Shown here: positions 28,282-38,740 of the stretch, in pieces | Numbering within the stretch: the first letter of the stretch is position 1 | Layout: every line of letters begins with the position of its first letter | From: a virus | Lineage: Duplodnaviria > Caudoviricetes | Reading direction: 5' to 3' (one strand) | IMG/VR virus record: IMGVR_UViG_3300016469_000460 | Location: 1 to 56,305 of that record | DNA: 56,305 nucleotides | Position numbers and translations under genes: made by a program | Notes under the pieces: generated by a model | Told to the model about the DNA's origin: nothing | What the model saw: the letters and a program-made list of their open reading frames with translations, nothing else | Databases searched by the model: none

Positions 28282-29610
28282 TTACAAGCCACGAGTAAAG
28301 CCACCCAATGCACGCTCGTACGCCTCGCGGTCGTATTCGGCAGGGAATGGGTTTGCGCTTACATTCACGGTGCTGTCCAAAATCATTGCAGCATCAGCAA
28401 GCTCCTTAACGAAGCAAGAAGTTGAAGACACTACGAATTTTTCTGTCAAGCTTTCGATGTTGCGGACATTTTCCATCATCAAAGGTTTGGTTGTGTAGTG
28501 AGCCATCGCAAAGCGAGGGTCAACAAACAACAACTGTCCACCCGAAGGGCTTGCGGCTGGCATAGCACCTGTTGCTTGTACGAAGTAGTCAGCAGGCATC
28601 AAGATACCACCGAGGTTCGCTTTGGTAGCAACACCGTCAAAACCTTTGAACTCAGGAAGTGCATACACCTCTTTCACCATTTGGCGCACACCCAATACAA
28701 CGTTAGGGCTGTAACCCAATTCGGACATACCGATAACCAATTCCAACCAATCGTTATCATAGTCGAAAGAACCTGGGGTGGTCACACCGATAACGGGAGC
28801 AGCATCCAAAGAAGCGGCATTGTTACCGTTGATAAGGCGGTCAACTGCTTCATTGGTCAATTGGATGTCGAGGTTCACACCTACAGAACCTGCAATTTGA
28901 GCTTGAACGATGTTGATTTTCAAGTTACGAGCCGCACGGTCAGTCAACTTGAATGCACAACCGATGTCCTTGGTTTCCATTGCAATTTCGTCGAACTCCA
29001 TAGTACCCATTTTCACAGTTTCACCCTCGCGAAGCTCTTGGAAGATACCGTTAGGGTTTTTGAAAACAGGAACTTTGATGCTGTCGAAAGGCACGGTTTC
29101 CATTTTGTTCACCAAGCGGCGATAAATGGCACGTTGTTGAAGCGTAGAACGTACAGCCTCGGTAACGGTTTCACCAATCAACCATTTGAAGTTTTTGTTC
29201 AATTCAGGGATGGTGGTGAAGCTCATTGCACCTTTGGAATAATCCAAAAAGTAACCGATGCTTTGTTCGTTTTTGTTGATGCCCAACACGGACAATACAT
29301 TGTCACAAGTTCCGTTTTTGCCCATCGGAATACCATAGGCTTCTTCCATGAACTCTGCCAATGTGATGTCAGCAGCAGCGCGGGTAGTGCTACCCATACG
29401 CAAATTGTCAATGGTGCGAGTGATTTGCTCCAAATCCTTTGCGATGTCATAGCTCATACCATCAAGCTCCTTGGTTACAAGGTTGCGTTGAACAGAAGGT
29501 TTTACACCTTGTTTTACGGCCTCAGACGTGAAAGCTTTGATGTGCGCTGAACGCTGCTCGAAAGAAAACTTTTCACCGCCTTCGACATTGTCGATTCTGT
29601 TATATTGCAT
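28282..29610 (-). CDS. Major capsid protein (HK97 fold)
   Basis: Position after protease and decoration genes; ELREGETV..G...KDIGCAFKLTD pattern; highly biased codon usage; downstream terminator. Confidence 0.88.
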   Translation of the reverse strand: MQYNRIDNVEGGEKFSFEQRSAHIKAFTSEAVKQGVKPSVQRNLVTKELDGMSYDIAKDLEQITRTIDNLRMGSTTRAAADITLAEFMEEAYGIPMGKNGTCDNVLSVLGINKNEQSIGYFLDYSKGAMSFTTIPELNKNFKWLIGETVTEAVRSTLQQRAIYRRLVNKMETVPFDSIKVPVFKNPNGIFQELREGETVKMGTMEFDEIAMETKDIGCAFKLTDRAARNLKINIVQAQIAGSVGVNLDIQLTNEAVDRLINGNNAASLDAAPVIGVTTPGSFDYDNDWLELVIGMSELGYSPNVVLGVRQMVKEVYALPEFKGFDGVATKANLGGILMPADYFVQATGAMPAASPSGGQLLFVDPRFAMAHYTTKPLMMENVRNIESLTEKFVVSSTSCFVKELADAAMILDSTVNVSANPFPAEYDREAYERALGGFTRGL

Positions 29611-29678
29611 AAAAAAATGAATATGTCTGTGTTAAAAATTATTTTTAAAATCTGTCAATTAGAACGATGCCCGATTGA

Positions 29679-30152
29679 TTAAGGAATCAATACAGGAGCA
29701 TTGAGCAAAAGCACAGTGACCTCAGTACCAACGGTACCGCCGTTCACTACAATTGCATTGGCATATTCGCCGGATGCAGCAGCGCGGTAGTCCATCAATG
29801 TTTTGTCAGTTGTGTTTTGGCCGTCAGCTACTACCAAAGTACCGGGGTTGAGTGTTCCGCCTTTAGCATAGCCATAAGCTGCATCCATTGCATAGCAATT
29901 GACAGTTACGGTGTCTGCGTGGTGGATTGGCCCTGCTGGGTCATTTACAATGTTTGCGACTTTTACGTAGCCAAAAGCAAAGTCGGTTCCGGTTGCAACT
30001 TCTACCTTTCCGGTAGCAAGCAACTTCACTTGTTGACCTTTGGTATAAGTAGTGGTAGTGGTATTGACAGGGAACTGAATCGCCACACCGTGTTCTACGT
30101 CATAGACCAGCTTATTTTTGCCTGAAAGCTGAGTTTGATAACCTTTACCCAT
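29679..30152 (-). CDS. Capsid decoration/cement protein
   Basis: Gly/Ala/Thr-rich 157-aa protein (KGQQVKL..GKV...AFG) between protease and MCP. Confidence 0.75.
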   Translation of the reverse strand: MGKGYQTQLSGKNKLVYDVEHGVAIQFPVNTTTTTYTKGQQVKLLATGKVEVATGTDFAFGYVKVANIVNDPAGPIHHADTVTVNCYAMDAAYGYAKGGTLNPGTLVVADGQNTTDKTLMDYRAAASGEYANAIVVNGGTVGTEVTVLLLNAPVLIP

Positions 30153-30233
30153 GATAAGTAAGTTTTGTTATTTTTATGATAAAATATGTATTGAGCGATT
30201 CACGCTCCTTTTTCCATTGAAATCCTTAGCGGA

Positions 30234-32195
30234 TTAGATTTTCGACTTTTGGTATTTTGCACGCATTTCCTCTGTGTTCAATTCACCGCCTGCATTGTAT
30301 GTCTTTGTTTCCTTTTTGCCCTTGTCAGAACCCGAAACAGAACCAAAGGTGCAATTTCCGCTACCACAGTCAACACATTTGAATTGGAATTGGCTTGCGA
30401 GTTGTTGGCCGTATTGTACCAAGATGCCATTTACAGCCTCGAAGGTGTTGGCTTTCTTCAACAAGTTTTCCACTTCCTCACTTGCTTTTTCACCTGCAAA
30501 TGCACGGTACATACGAATAGCCTCCGCTTGCATTGCTTGCAAGTATTCCTCACCTATTTTTGCAAAGGATTCTTTTTCGCGTAAAGCTGAAAGCTCGATG
30601 CCTTGTGTTTCGATTTGTGCTTGAAGTGCTACCTTTTCGCTCATGATACTTTCCAAGGTAGAAGCATTCATTTCAAGGGCTGTTTTTTCCGCTTGAAGCT
30701 GCAATGTTTTTTCCTTTTCGGCACTCAATTCGGTACGCAGGTTGGACAGTTCCAAGGCGTGAGTTTTGAGCGTATTTTGATATGCTTCCTTAGAAACATT
30801 CAATTCGTTTTGGATAGCCTCTAATTGCAATTTCAAAGCTTTTTCAGCCTCACCGGAATTGCCTTTTTTCATGGCATCCAATTGAGCTTGGAGGGACTTG
30901 GTGACGTTATTCATCAATTCCAATTGCTTTGACAATTCTGCTGCCATATCTTCCGGTTCTCCCTCTTCGGGCTTTTCAGGACATTCAAGGGCATTACCTG
31001 CCAACATAGCTTCCATTTCAGCATCACCATAAGAGCAACCGTCACCGGAACAAGCTGCAATCATATCCTTTGGTTGGCAAAGCAATACTTTTGACCACTC
31101 TTGAATATAATAAGGCTTAGGGCAATTGAGTTGACCGTTAATATAGCGATTGACTGTTTTTTCGGATGTTTTAGAAGCGGTAGCCATTCTTTTCACCACC
31201 TCATTGAAGCTGATACCGTGAGCATCGCAATACTCATTGATTTTTGTTTTGCAAAAATCTGAGAATGTCGAACCGTATGCAACAACATTTTCTTTTCTAG
31301 TATCAACTGCAAAGGCAGAAACGCTACGTGAAAAAGAGGCAAGTTGTTCGGCTGTCGCTTCTTGGGCGAATTTAGAAAATGGCATTTGTGGGGTTTGTAA
31401 TGCTTTTTCAGCACCTGCCATGTCAATATCAATCAAATTTCCATTGACCATGATTTTCTTTGCGAATGGGTCAGCACCCAACCCAACGATACTTGTTTCA
31501 TGGAAATCAATGATGCGAGTTACAACGCGGCATACCATACGACCATCCACCATAGTACCCAACAATTCCCAAAAGGTGTATTCGCTTTCAAATTCATGTG
31601 AGGGAACCCACTCAAATTCTACTGTAACGGAATTGGAACGGATTGCACCTGTGGCGATGCCCGTTGCAATGCTTTTTCTGTCATCAGTTTGGATGTCAAT
31701 AGCCAAAACACCATCAATGCCAGCAGGGACAGTAACACCATCTTGAACATAGCTTTCCGTCCATGAAATTTCATTGACAACTCCGAGCCAATTATCAACA
31801 TCCCAAAGACCATGATTTTTGTACACAGGCTTACCCATGAGCAAATTCATGGCCATACGAAGGACATTATTTTGAGAAAAGTCAGTAGCTTTCCAAGAAC
31901 CGGCACCGATAATAGCAGCCGATACCAAACGGAATGGTACAAGATAGGTGGTTTCAGGTGACATCGTAATGCTTGGTGGAATCGTTTCGGTTCTCAATGC
32001 CGAGGCAAAGGATTGAACCTGATTTGAACCACCTTTTTTTACGTTGAAAGAGGTATTACCTGCTTCTACTTCCGACAATTTGCGAGATTCACCAATGACG
32101 TGACCACAATTGCCAAGAAAAGCACCTGCGATTTCTCCCTTTGAAAATGATAATGTACCTTTTTGGGTCTTTTTCATACCTTTTGAAATTTTCAT
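30234..32195 (-). CDS. Prohead protease / scaffold fusion with internal HTH-like domain
   Basis: GKPVYKNH...NWLGVV, RSNSVTV and HETSIVGLGADPFA (herpes/HK97-type protease motifs); long C-terminal coiled coil. Confidence 0.8.
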   Translation of the reverse strand: MKISKGMKKTQKGTLSFSKGEIAGAFLGNCGHVIGESRKLSEVEAGNTSFNVKKGGSNQVQSFASALRTETIPPSITMSPETTYLVPFRLVSAAIIGAGSWKATDFSQNNVLRMAMNLLMGKPVYKNHGLWDVDNWLGVVNEISWTESYVQDGVTVPAGIDGVLAIDIQTDDRKSIATGIATGAIRSNSVTVEFEWVPSHEFESEYTFWELLGTMVDGRMVCRVVTRIIDFHETSIVGLGADPFAKKIMVNGNLIDIDMAGAEKALQTPQMPFSKFAQEATAEQLASFSRSVSAFAVDTRKENVVAYGSTFSDFCKTKINEYCDAHGISFNEVVKRMATASKTSEKTVNRYINGQLNCPKPYYIQEWSKVLLCQPKDMIAACSGDGCSYGDAEMEAMLAGNALECPEKPEEGEPEDMAAELSKQLELMNNVTKSLQAQLDAMKKGNSGEAEKALKLQLEAIQNELNVSKEAYQNTLKTHALELSNLRTELSAEKEKTLQLQAEKTALEMNASTLESIMSEKVALQAQIETQGIELSALREKESFAKIGEEYLQAMQAEAIRMYRAFAGEKASEEVENLLKKANTFEAVNGILVQYGQQLASQFQFKCVDCGSGNCTFGSVSGSDKGKKETKTYNAGGELNTEEMRAKYQKSKI

Positions 32196-32255
32196 AAATT
32201 TGACAAATATTTTTTATAAAAAATCAAATTTTTAAGCTAATTTTTTTAAAAAAAA

Positions 32256-34670
32256 CTAAAATTTAGCCAAAATTTTGCATTTACAGCAAATAGAGCTGTT
32301 ATAATTTGCATTTTTTTCAAAGCCTAATAAAAAAGCAGGCGGCATTTTTACATCCCGATTTTCCATTTCTACCATCGAACAGAACCTATCAAAGGCATCA
32401 GCTACCAAACCGATGCTATTAGGCTGGCAGTTATCGCAAACAATAGCGCTACTTCCACTCAATTCAAATTCTCTTACCCCTTCTTGATATAAATAACACA
32501 GCGCACCGATAGCCCTAGTATTAGACATCGTAGTATTGGTAATGGTCATTATTTCGGGCAAATTGCGTTCAAGGATGTTTTGAATCAAACCCCTGAGCTT
32601 TGACGTGTATTGAGTATTACCCATCATAGGCAATTCCCCTTCTTTATACATTTCAATCATAGCATCAATAAGCACCGTTGTAATATCCTCATTCAATAAG
32701 GATTTTCCGAAAGCAGAAATATCGGAGGCATAGAAATGTTTTTGAATGACCTTATCCAAGGTGCTGAAACTTGCATCTTGAATGATACTGTCATTGTACT
32801 TTCTCTTACCTCTGAATATCGCCTTATCTTTTCTGAAATACTGATAAGCCTCACTTATCCATTGCTTGCTTGTCGCTGCTTGTGGACCCGTGAAGGCGGT
32901 GAACCAATTCAAGATAACGCTATTGCGAATGATTGACCTAATACTTTGCATCGGTGTGGATGGATGCAAAATATTGACCACCTGACAAAGCTGTTCGGCT
33001 ACAAAACCCACAGCATTTTTGAAGTTATGAACTGTATCCCTATTATAGGCGCGTTGGAATTTCAAAAATTCCCCTTCCGATGTTGCGGATAAGCTCATAG
33101 CGGTTGTTTTTTCGGTCATGTTAAATTCTATTGCGCCCCTTTCGGTATCATTCGACACATTGGCCGTTGTAGTCACAGGTGGCAAGGTCGTAGCAGGTGC
33201 ATCGCCTTCGGCAATGATTGGCCCTTCTCGATACGGTATTTCTACGCCCATGTGATTTGCTAGCTGCTGCTGAGATATAAGGCCTTGATTTCTCATGTCC
33301 TTGTAGAACTTGAATTTTTCGTTCAAGCCTAAGAATTGGGTCATAGTATCTTCCAAGATAGGAGGGTCAAAAGTCACTTTGAGCCATTGAAACTTATAAC
33401 CCAATAATCGAAGGTGCAAGGTGTAGCAATGTTCAAGGAATTGCGCTACCGCTCTTTGGTAGTCCATCAATTGGCTACCGAATTTCTTGATAACGACCTT
33501 TGCCAAACTCTCAGTAGTGGAAAAGTTCTTACCCAACATAATCGGGTCTTGCTTCAAGCCTGCCGCCGTTACCCTCATAATCAATTCAATCAATGCCGCC
33601 GCTCCTGCTGTGTCGGCTGTAGAAGATGTCATTTCAAAATCGGTCTTTACTTCATTACCCTTGCTATCGAACTGCTTTGCAGAAATAACAAACCCATTCG
33701 ACAGACCTTTTTCGATTTCAGGTTCCAAGCTTTGCAAATATGCCTGAATCCTTGCTTGGTAATTATCGTCTGTTTCAGGTGAACCATCTGCATTTTTACC
33801 GCGACCTGGGGCATTGACAATGACCTGCAAGAAACCCATAAGACCCAAACGGCGCGTAATGGCCGCCATGTTGTCCAACATATCGTTTTCAATACAGACA
33901 GCTTCCAAGGCGGCAAGGATTGGAGGGATAGCATAAGGGCTATCTTCATCACGGGACAAAGCGATGTACTTGTAGGTTTTCAAGCTCAAAGCGTGATAGC
34001 CTGCATTATAGGTACTCCAACGGATAATAGAAGCGTCAAGTCCGAAAGCATTATAGATAGTTTGCTGAAATGGCTTCCAATCCGCAGTAGGAGCATCGAA
34101 CTGAAACCAAACCCACTTGGGGGAAAGCAAGGTAACATTACCAACTCCTTTGAGCGTTACCAACGGTTTAGCCTCTCCCGATACGCAGCCTGTAATAGCC
34201 GCTTGTCGAAGTAGGGCATTGACTAACATCGGTTCGCCGCCATCGTACCAAGTATTGGCAGCGCTACGAAGCTCCATCATCATTTTTTGAGCATCCTTAG
34301 CTTTGACGGTCGGGTCAAATTGGATAGTACTCAATCCTGTGCCTGCCAATTCTACAATATTGGTAATGGCAAAGCTTACGTCATGGTGTTCAGACGCAAG
34401 CTTATATAATTTATCATAGTCGGCATTGGAAATTTTTCGAGGCTCCATGCCGATATTAACACTAGTCGGTGTTACCGTTCCTGTAACAAGTGGGCTACCG
34501 CTTTGATTAGAACCACCCCTTACGCCCATCTCTACGAAAGGTTCTTGCCAACCGCCGCCCCAATCGGTAGCAGCTTCTACCTTTGCATTGGCATTATTGG
34601 CTTTTATCTTTTCAAGGGGCTTCTTTTTATTGCCACCTGTTCCGGGTATTTGAAAACCTAAAATTCTCAT
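32256..34670 (-). CDS. Portal protein with C-terminal extension
   Basis: Directly downstream of TerL; SPYAIPPILAALEAV and AAGLKQDPIMLG portal-like motifs. Confidence 0.82.
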   Translation of the reverse strand: MRILGFQIPGTGGNKKKPLEKIKANNANAKVEAATDWGGGWQEPFVEMGVRGGSNQSGSPLVTGTVTPTSVNIGMEPRKISNADYDKLYKLASEHHDVSFAITNIVELAGTGLSTIQFDPTVKAKDAQKMMMELRSAANTWYDGGEPMLVNALLRQAAITGCVSGEAKPLVTLKGVGNVTLLSPKWVWFQFDAPTADWKPFQQTIYNAFGLDASIIRWSTYNAGYHALSLKTYKYIALSRDEDSPYAIPPILAALEAVCIENDMLDNMAAITRRLGLMGFLQVIVNAPGRGKNADGSPETDDNYQARIQAYLQSLEPEIEKGLSNGFVISAKQFDSKGNEVKTDFEMTSSTADTAGAAALIELIMRVTAAGLKQDPIMLGKNFSTTESLAKVVIKKFGSQLMDYQRAVAQFLEHCYTLHLRLLGYKFQWLKVTFDPPILEDTMTQFLGLNEKFKFYKDMRNQGLISQQQLANHMGVEIPYREGPIIAEGDAPATTLPPVTTTANVSNDTERGAIEFNMTEKTTAMSLSATSEGEFLKFQRAYNRDTVHNFKNAVGFVAEQLCQVVNILHPSTPMQSIRSIIRNSVILNWFTAFTGPQAATSKQWISEAYQYFRKDKAIFRGKRKYNDSIIQDASFSTLDKVIQKHFYASDISAFGKSLLNEDITTVLIDAMIEMYKEGELPMMGNTQYTSKLRGLIQNILERNLPEIMTITNTTMSNTRAIGALCYLYQEGVREFELSGSSAIVCDNCQPNSIGLVADAFDRFCSMVEMENRDVKMPPAFLLGFEKNANYNSSICCKCKILAKF

Positions 34671-34690
34671 AATCTAAGTTTTTACATTTT

Positions 34691-36055
34691 TTAAATAACA
34701 CCAATGGTAGAATTGTATTCCCTTCTACGCATCCAATTGGCGATAGCAAACGAATCCGCACCGTCAGGACTACGGCCATGCTCTTTCTTTATTTTTTCCT
34801 TGGATAAAATTTGCAATGTTTTTCCGCTTTCCAAAGTAAATTTTATCCAACCTAGTTGCCTTTTCAAATCATTCAACTTTTCAATGCCTTGACGTTCCCC
34901 ATCAGTGATGAAAGTACACTTATCAATTTCCCCTACGTAACCTGCTGCAATGTCATTTTTCAAGGCCATGAACATTTGCGCTCGCAGGTTCAAAGGTTGT
35001 AAAAATTTGAACTCATTTGAGTAGATATTAACCTCCGGTTTTTCACCCGAACTGATAGGTTCTACAATAATACCCTTATCATGTAGATAATCCACTACAC
35101 CAGCTCCAAGACCTACCACATCAACACCTACCTTCCAATGCTGAATCTTGTAGTCATTGATAAGCATAATAGTTCTATTAACAATTTCCGGTATAGATGT
35201 TTTGGACCATTCCTCTACATGAATCGGACGACCCCCTTCTAGGATAAAAAAGGAGGTTTTGTCATCTCCATACCTTGCAGGGTCAACACCCATTGAAATC
35301 ATTTTATTGTTCGCCTCTTTTTCAATTGCATTGCCTAAGAAATCCATCAACTCATTAGTGATAAGCTGATTCGGTGCGCTCGAAAATATCCAAGCACCTT
35401 CCAAATACCTTGCTAATAGGTCAGGATTGTACTTATAGGCATCTTTGAGCATCTTGACATACTCGCTGTCTTCTGCATAATTATCCGTTGTCAGGGATTG
35501 GATAAAGACATGGTTCTTATCCTTTGTTTCTATGAAGTAAGGAATAAGCCAACAGTTTTCAGGATTGGTCGTCAAGCGGATTCTATAAGGCGGCGTTTGA
35601 CCATTCGGTAATACCCAACGAAGGCGCGTTTTCAAGATGTTGAATACCTGTTCATCTACTTCGTTCGCTTCATCAATGCCTGCCCAACCGATTTCAAGAC
35701 CTTTTATTTTATTCAATAGCGGGTCTTTCGACTTGTTGGCCTCCATGAATATGAGGGTAGAACCATTGATGAACGTTACCGTACTGCTTTGTTGATTGTA
35801 GGTACGGATAATTTCAGGCGGACAAATCTTGAAAAAGGTAATCAGAATTGTTTTTCGGATGGTGGTCAGCTCCTTTCGTACAATGACAAGGCGGTTCCCG
35901 TCGTACTTCATGGCATTCAAAATAGCCTCCGCACATAAAAACCAACTCTTGCCACCACCCATAGCACCACCGAACAGCAAAAACGGCGCTGTATTTCGAT
36001 GTGCCGTTCGCTGCTTTCCCTTGGGGGCGTAATAGTCTGCAAAAGATATTTTCAT
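34691..36055 (-). CDS. terL: Terminase large subunit
   Basis: Walker A FGGAMGGGKS, Walker B GIDEANE, motif III LTTNP, nuclease MGVDPARYGDDK and SPDGADS. Confidence 0.96.
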   Translation of the reverse strand: MKISFADYYAPKGKQRTAHRNTAPFLLFGGAMGGGKSWFLCAEAILNAMKYDGNRLVIVRKELTTIRKTILITFFKICPPEIIRTYNQQSSTVTFINGSTLIFMEANKSKDPLLNKIKGLEIGWAGIDEANEVDEQVFNILKTRLRWVLPNGQTPPYRIRLTTNPENCWLIPYFIETKDKNHVFIQSLTTDNYAEDSEYVKMLKDAYKYNPDLLARYLEGAWIFSSAPNQLITNELMDFLGNAIEKEANNKMISMGVDPARYGDDKTSFFILEGGRPIHVEEWSKTSIPEIVNRTIMLINDYKIQHWKVGVDVVGLGAGVVDYLHDKGIIVEPISSGEKPEVNIYSNEFKFLQPLNLRAQMFMALKNDIAAGYVGEIDKCTFITDGERQGIEKLNDLKRQLGWIKFTLESGKTLQILSKEKIKKEHGRSPDGADSFAIANWMRRREYNSTIGVI

Positions 36056-36058
36056 AGC

Positions 36059-36469
36059 TTATTCTGAATCGTCACTTTCTTGATTATCGTCATTGCTTTC
36101 CTCGTCCCCCATATCAATACCCGAAACGAATTTTATTTTCAAATCCCTATCGTTTTTATCCGCTATGAATTTTTCATATATGTTGTTGAAGGTATAAAGT
36201 GAGCCTTGCGAAACATCTCGCATCATGGCACGGGCAAGCATCACAACAATGACAGGGGCATTAGTTTCCTCTGTAATTTTTTTCAATTCTTCTTTGGTTT
36301 GGCACAACAACCAATTCGATATGTCGCGCAAATCTTCCTTGGTAAGCTTACCTTTGATTTCCTCTTGCGTTCGCCACTTCATTACTTCTTGCCAAGTGCC
36401 TATTTTTTTAGGTGGCTTTCCTACATTTTCAGCTTCGGCATTGGCTTTATTACCTTTTTTAAAAGCCAT
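36059..36469 (-). CDS. Putative terminase small subunit
   Basis: Immediately upstream of TerL; N-terminal FKKGN...GKPPK motif. Confidence 0.7.
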   Translation of the reverse strand: MAFKKGNKANAEAENVGKPPKKIGTWQEVMKWRTQEEIKGKLTKEDLRDISNWLLCQTKEELKKITEETNAPVIVVMLARAMMRDVSQGSLYTFNNIYEKFIADKNDRDLKIKFVSGIDMGDEESNDDNQESDDSE

Positions 36470-36548
36470 ACTATTTTTTTATTTTTAGTTTTTTGTGAAT
36501 AGATTTTTGTATTTTCGGCATTTCAAAGCCGATTTTGCAATTTTTCCC

Positions 36549-38132
36549 CTAAAAAGTTTCAATTTCTAAAGAATATTGCTTTGAATTTTTGAAAATTTCC
36601 ACATCTCTATCAATTGTGATAAGTCGGTCAATTGCCATAGCAATATTGACAGGATTCTTATCCATTCCATAAACCACCCTCCCAAGTTGATGACCTGCCG
36701 AAAGAATAGCCCCATCTCGAAGGAAAGGACTTACTACGATGCCTCCGACACGGGCGCATATCTTTATAGACTGTTCGATAGCGTCAAAAGGTATATTTTT
36801 CATATTCCCAATAGTTGGCGTGTGCCAAATGTCGGTAACATTCATATCCTTGATGTCAAAATGTGGGAAATCCACATCGTAATACTTTTTCAATTTGTCG
36901 TACTGAGCTTTCAAGTCTTCCCAATCTCGCAAGAAAGCTTTTCCTTCGGATGCTCCCTGTAGGATTTCGTAATGATGTTGGGGTATAAGTTCAAATTCAT
37001 CTTTTGAGAACCAATATTTGAACATTCCCTTCACATGGCACAGCTCATGTATTTGTGTAGCCTTCCAACCCATTTTCTTAGCTTCATCAGCTAAGTATTC
37101 TCTGATAGGCTCCCAACCTTCCCAATAGCCTGTTTCCGAATAATCGCTTTTCAGATTTCTAGTAAGGAATAACGCCCTTTCACTTGCCTTTGGGATAGTT
37201 CGTAGGATGTTATTCGCTTCCTTTTTATCCGCAAGTGGTTGCAGGCTATCCAAAGCCGTTTTAACCAATACAATTTCATTTTTCAATGCCCAATCGTCAA
37301 GTACCGTTTCATTGTGCCAAAGCCTCCAAAGTTCTGCTACATTGCCCCAAAGCATCATAGAAGCATAGTCGCTTAGATATTCGGAATAGGCAGATAGCCA
37401 AAGATGAAAGAAAGCGGTTCGATTGTCCGACATTTCATTCACAAGCTCCGGTATTTGTGCGTGGACAAAGACAGCCTTTTCCTCTTGCATCAATTTTGAT
37501 ACTGCTTCCTTATCTGTACTATTCCCACAGTATAATCGGTGGATACGTCCGTCCATGCATCGAATTTCAATCAAGTCACCTTCTTGTATGTCGGTGCTTA
37601 GGATGTTAGGATTGCTTTGGTATTCATCAAGCGTCTTTTTGCTGTCTTCTACAGGTCTTGTTTTTTCCTTTTGCGCTTTCCCGAAAAAATCCTTTTCCTC
37701 AAATCCGTTTTCAAATAGTATTTCGACAGGAAATTCATTGGCGAGAATTTCAAAGTCAAATTCACCTCCGACCTTATTGGCTGCAATGTTTGCCGCCTCG
37801 CATTGTTCCTTTGTCCATCTTACTTGTCGGTAATTATATTTTTCACCGTTCCAAATAATATATCCTAGGGCAACGGTGCCGACATCTGTAGGTGTTTCAT
37901 ATTGTTCTACAATGGTAATTTCACATTGTTCTAGGTCAATGATAGAGTTCCTTTGATTCCCTGAAATAATTTCATTGGAATTAAGGTCATGTACTATACC
38001 CGAAATGTCCCCATATTTTTTGAGGCTTTCGGATAGAACGGTATGTTGATGCTTTGTAATGTATCGAGGGTTCTTGTGATACCCTTTGACATTCTCAATG
38101 CCGTTACCTTTTTTACTTTTTTTCGCTGCCAT
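36549..38132 (-). CDS. ParB-N domain fused to a degenerate N6/N4 DNA methyltransferase domain
   Basis: N-terminus paralogous to ORF 18224; HRLYCGNSTD, LKNEIV and TDIW match the methylase scaffold, but HAQIPE replaces DPPY and SPFLRDG replaces (D/E)PFxGSG. Confidence 0.8.
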   Translation of the reverse strand: MAAKKSKKGNGIENVKGYHKNPRYITKHQHTVLSESLKKYGDISGIVHDLNSNEIISGNQRNSIIDLEQCEITIVEQYETPTDVGTVALGYIIWNGEKYNYRQVRWTKEQCEAANIAANKVGGEFDFEILANEFPVEILFENGFEEKDFFGKAQKEKTRPVEDSKKTLDEYQSNPNILSTDIQEGDLIEIRCMDGRIHRLYCGNSTDKEAVSKLMQEEKAVFVHAQIPELVNEMSDNRTAFFHLWLSAYSEYLSDYASMMLWGNVAELWRLWHNETVLDDWALKNEIVLVKTALDSLQPLADKKEANNILRTIPKASERALFLTRNLKSDYSETGYWEGWEPIREYLADEAKKMGWKATQIHELCHVKGMFKYWFSKDEFELIPQHHYEILQGASEGKAFLRDWEDLKAQYDKLKKYYDVDFPHFDIKDMNVTDIWHTPTIGNMKNIPFDAIEQSIKICARVGGIVVSPFLRDGAILSAGHQLGRVVYGMDKNPVNIAMAIDRLITIDRDVEIFKNSKQYSLEIETF

Positions 38133-38715
38133 ATCGAGAAGCGGTATTTATCAAAATTTGTTTCAGTTGTGGCGAAATGCCGAAACGTTCAGAACAAATG
38201 TTGATGCTTTCAAAGATATTTCCGTTTTCTCTTATCGCTCCCATCCAATCGCAGAACATTTCCATCACATCCAACAAGTCCATGCCCTCAATGCCGTTTT
38301 CATAAAATTCAGGATGGTGACTATTGTTTTTGTAGTGATGTTGTAGCGCAGGGCGCATCTCTTGTAATACCTCATTGTATTTTTCAGAACCGAAAGGTAC
38401 AGCACCTAGCATTGGCGTATATTTGTCAAAGTATGGCTTTTCTTTTTTCCCAAGCTTTGAGTTGTCATGTATCTGTCCCCTCCTTAGTAGCTCAATAGCC
38501 ATGTCGGATAGGTGTGCGCTTACGCGCTTGATATGGGAAAGTACATCATTGGTACAATCAAATCCAATTTTGAAAGGTGGTAGCTCTGCCCATTGTTCTT
38601 CCAACATGGAAACATTCGGCAGTCCTCCAATACATTCCCTTATGTAATCTTCTTTGGATATGGGCCTACCTACAGAGGAATCCCACCTAAGTTCCGTTTT
38701 GTTTTCATTATTCAT
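38113..38715 (-). CDS. DUF5662-like (HD-related) protein
   Basis: HDNSKL, ALQHHYKNNSHHPEFYENGI and MDLLDVMEMFCDW. Confidence 0.78.
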   Translation of the reverse strand: MNNENKTELRWDSSVGRPISKEDYIRECIGGLPNVSMLEEQWAELPPFKIGFDCTNDVLSHIKRVSAHLSDMAIELLRRGQIHDNSKLGKKEKPYFDKYTPMLGAVPFGSEKYNEVLQEMRPALQHHYKNNSHHPEFYENGIEGMDLLDVMEMFCDWMGAIRENGNIFESINICSERFGISPQLKQILINTASRYGSEKK

Positions 38716-38740
38716 ATTTGCTCGCTGTTTTTGTTAAAAA

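Noticed and set aside
28498-29550. 350-aa plus-strand ORF antisense to the major capsid gene
   Set aside because: Shadow ORF expected from the strong codon bias of a highly expressed gene; no recognisable motifs or leader
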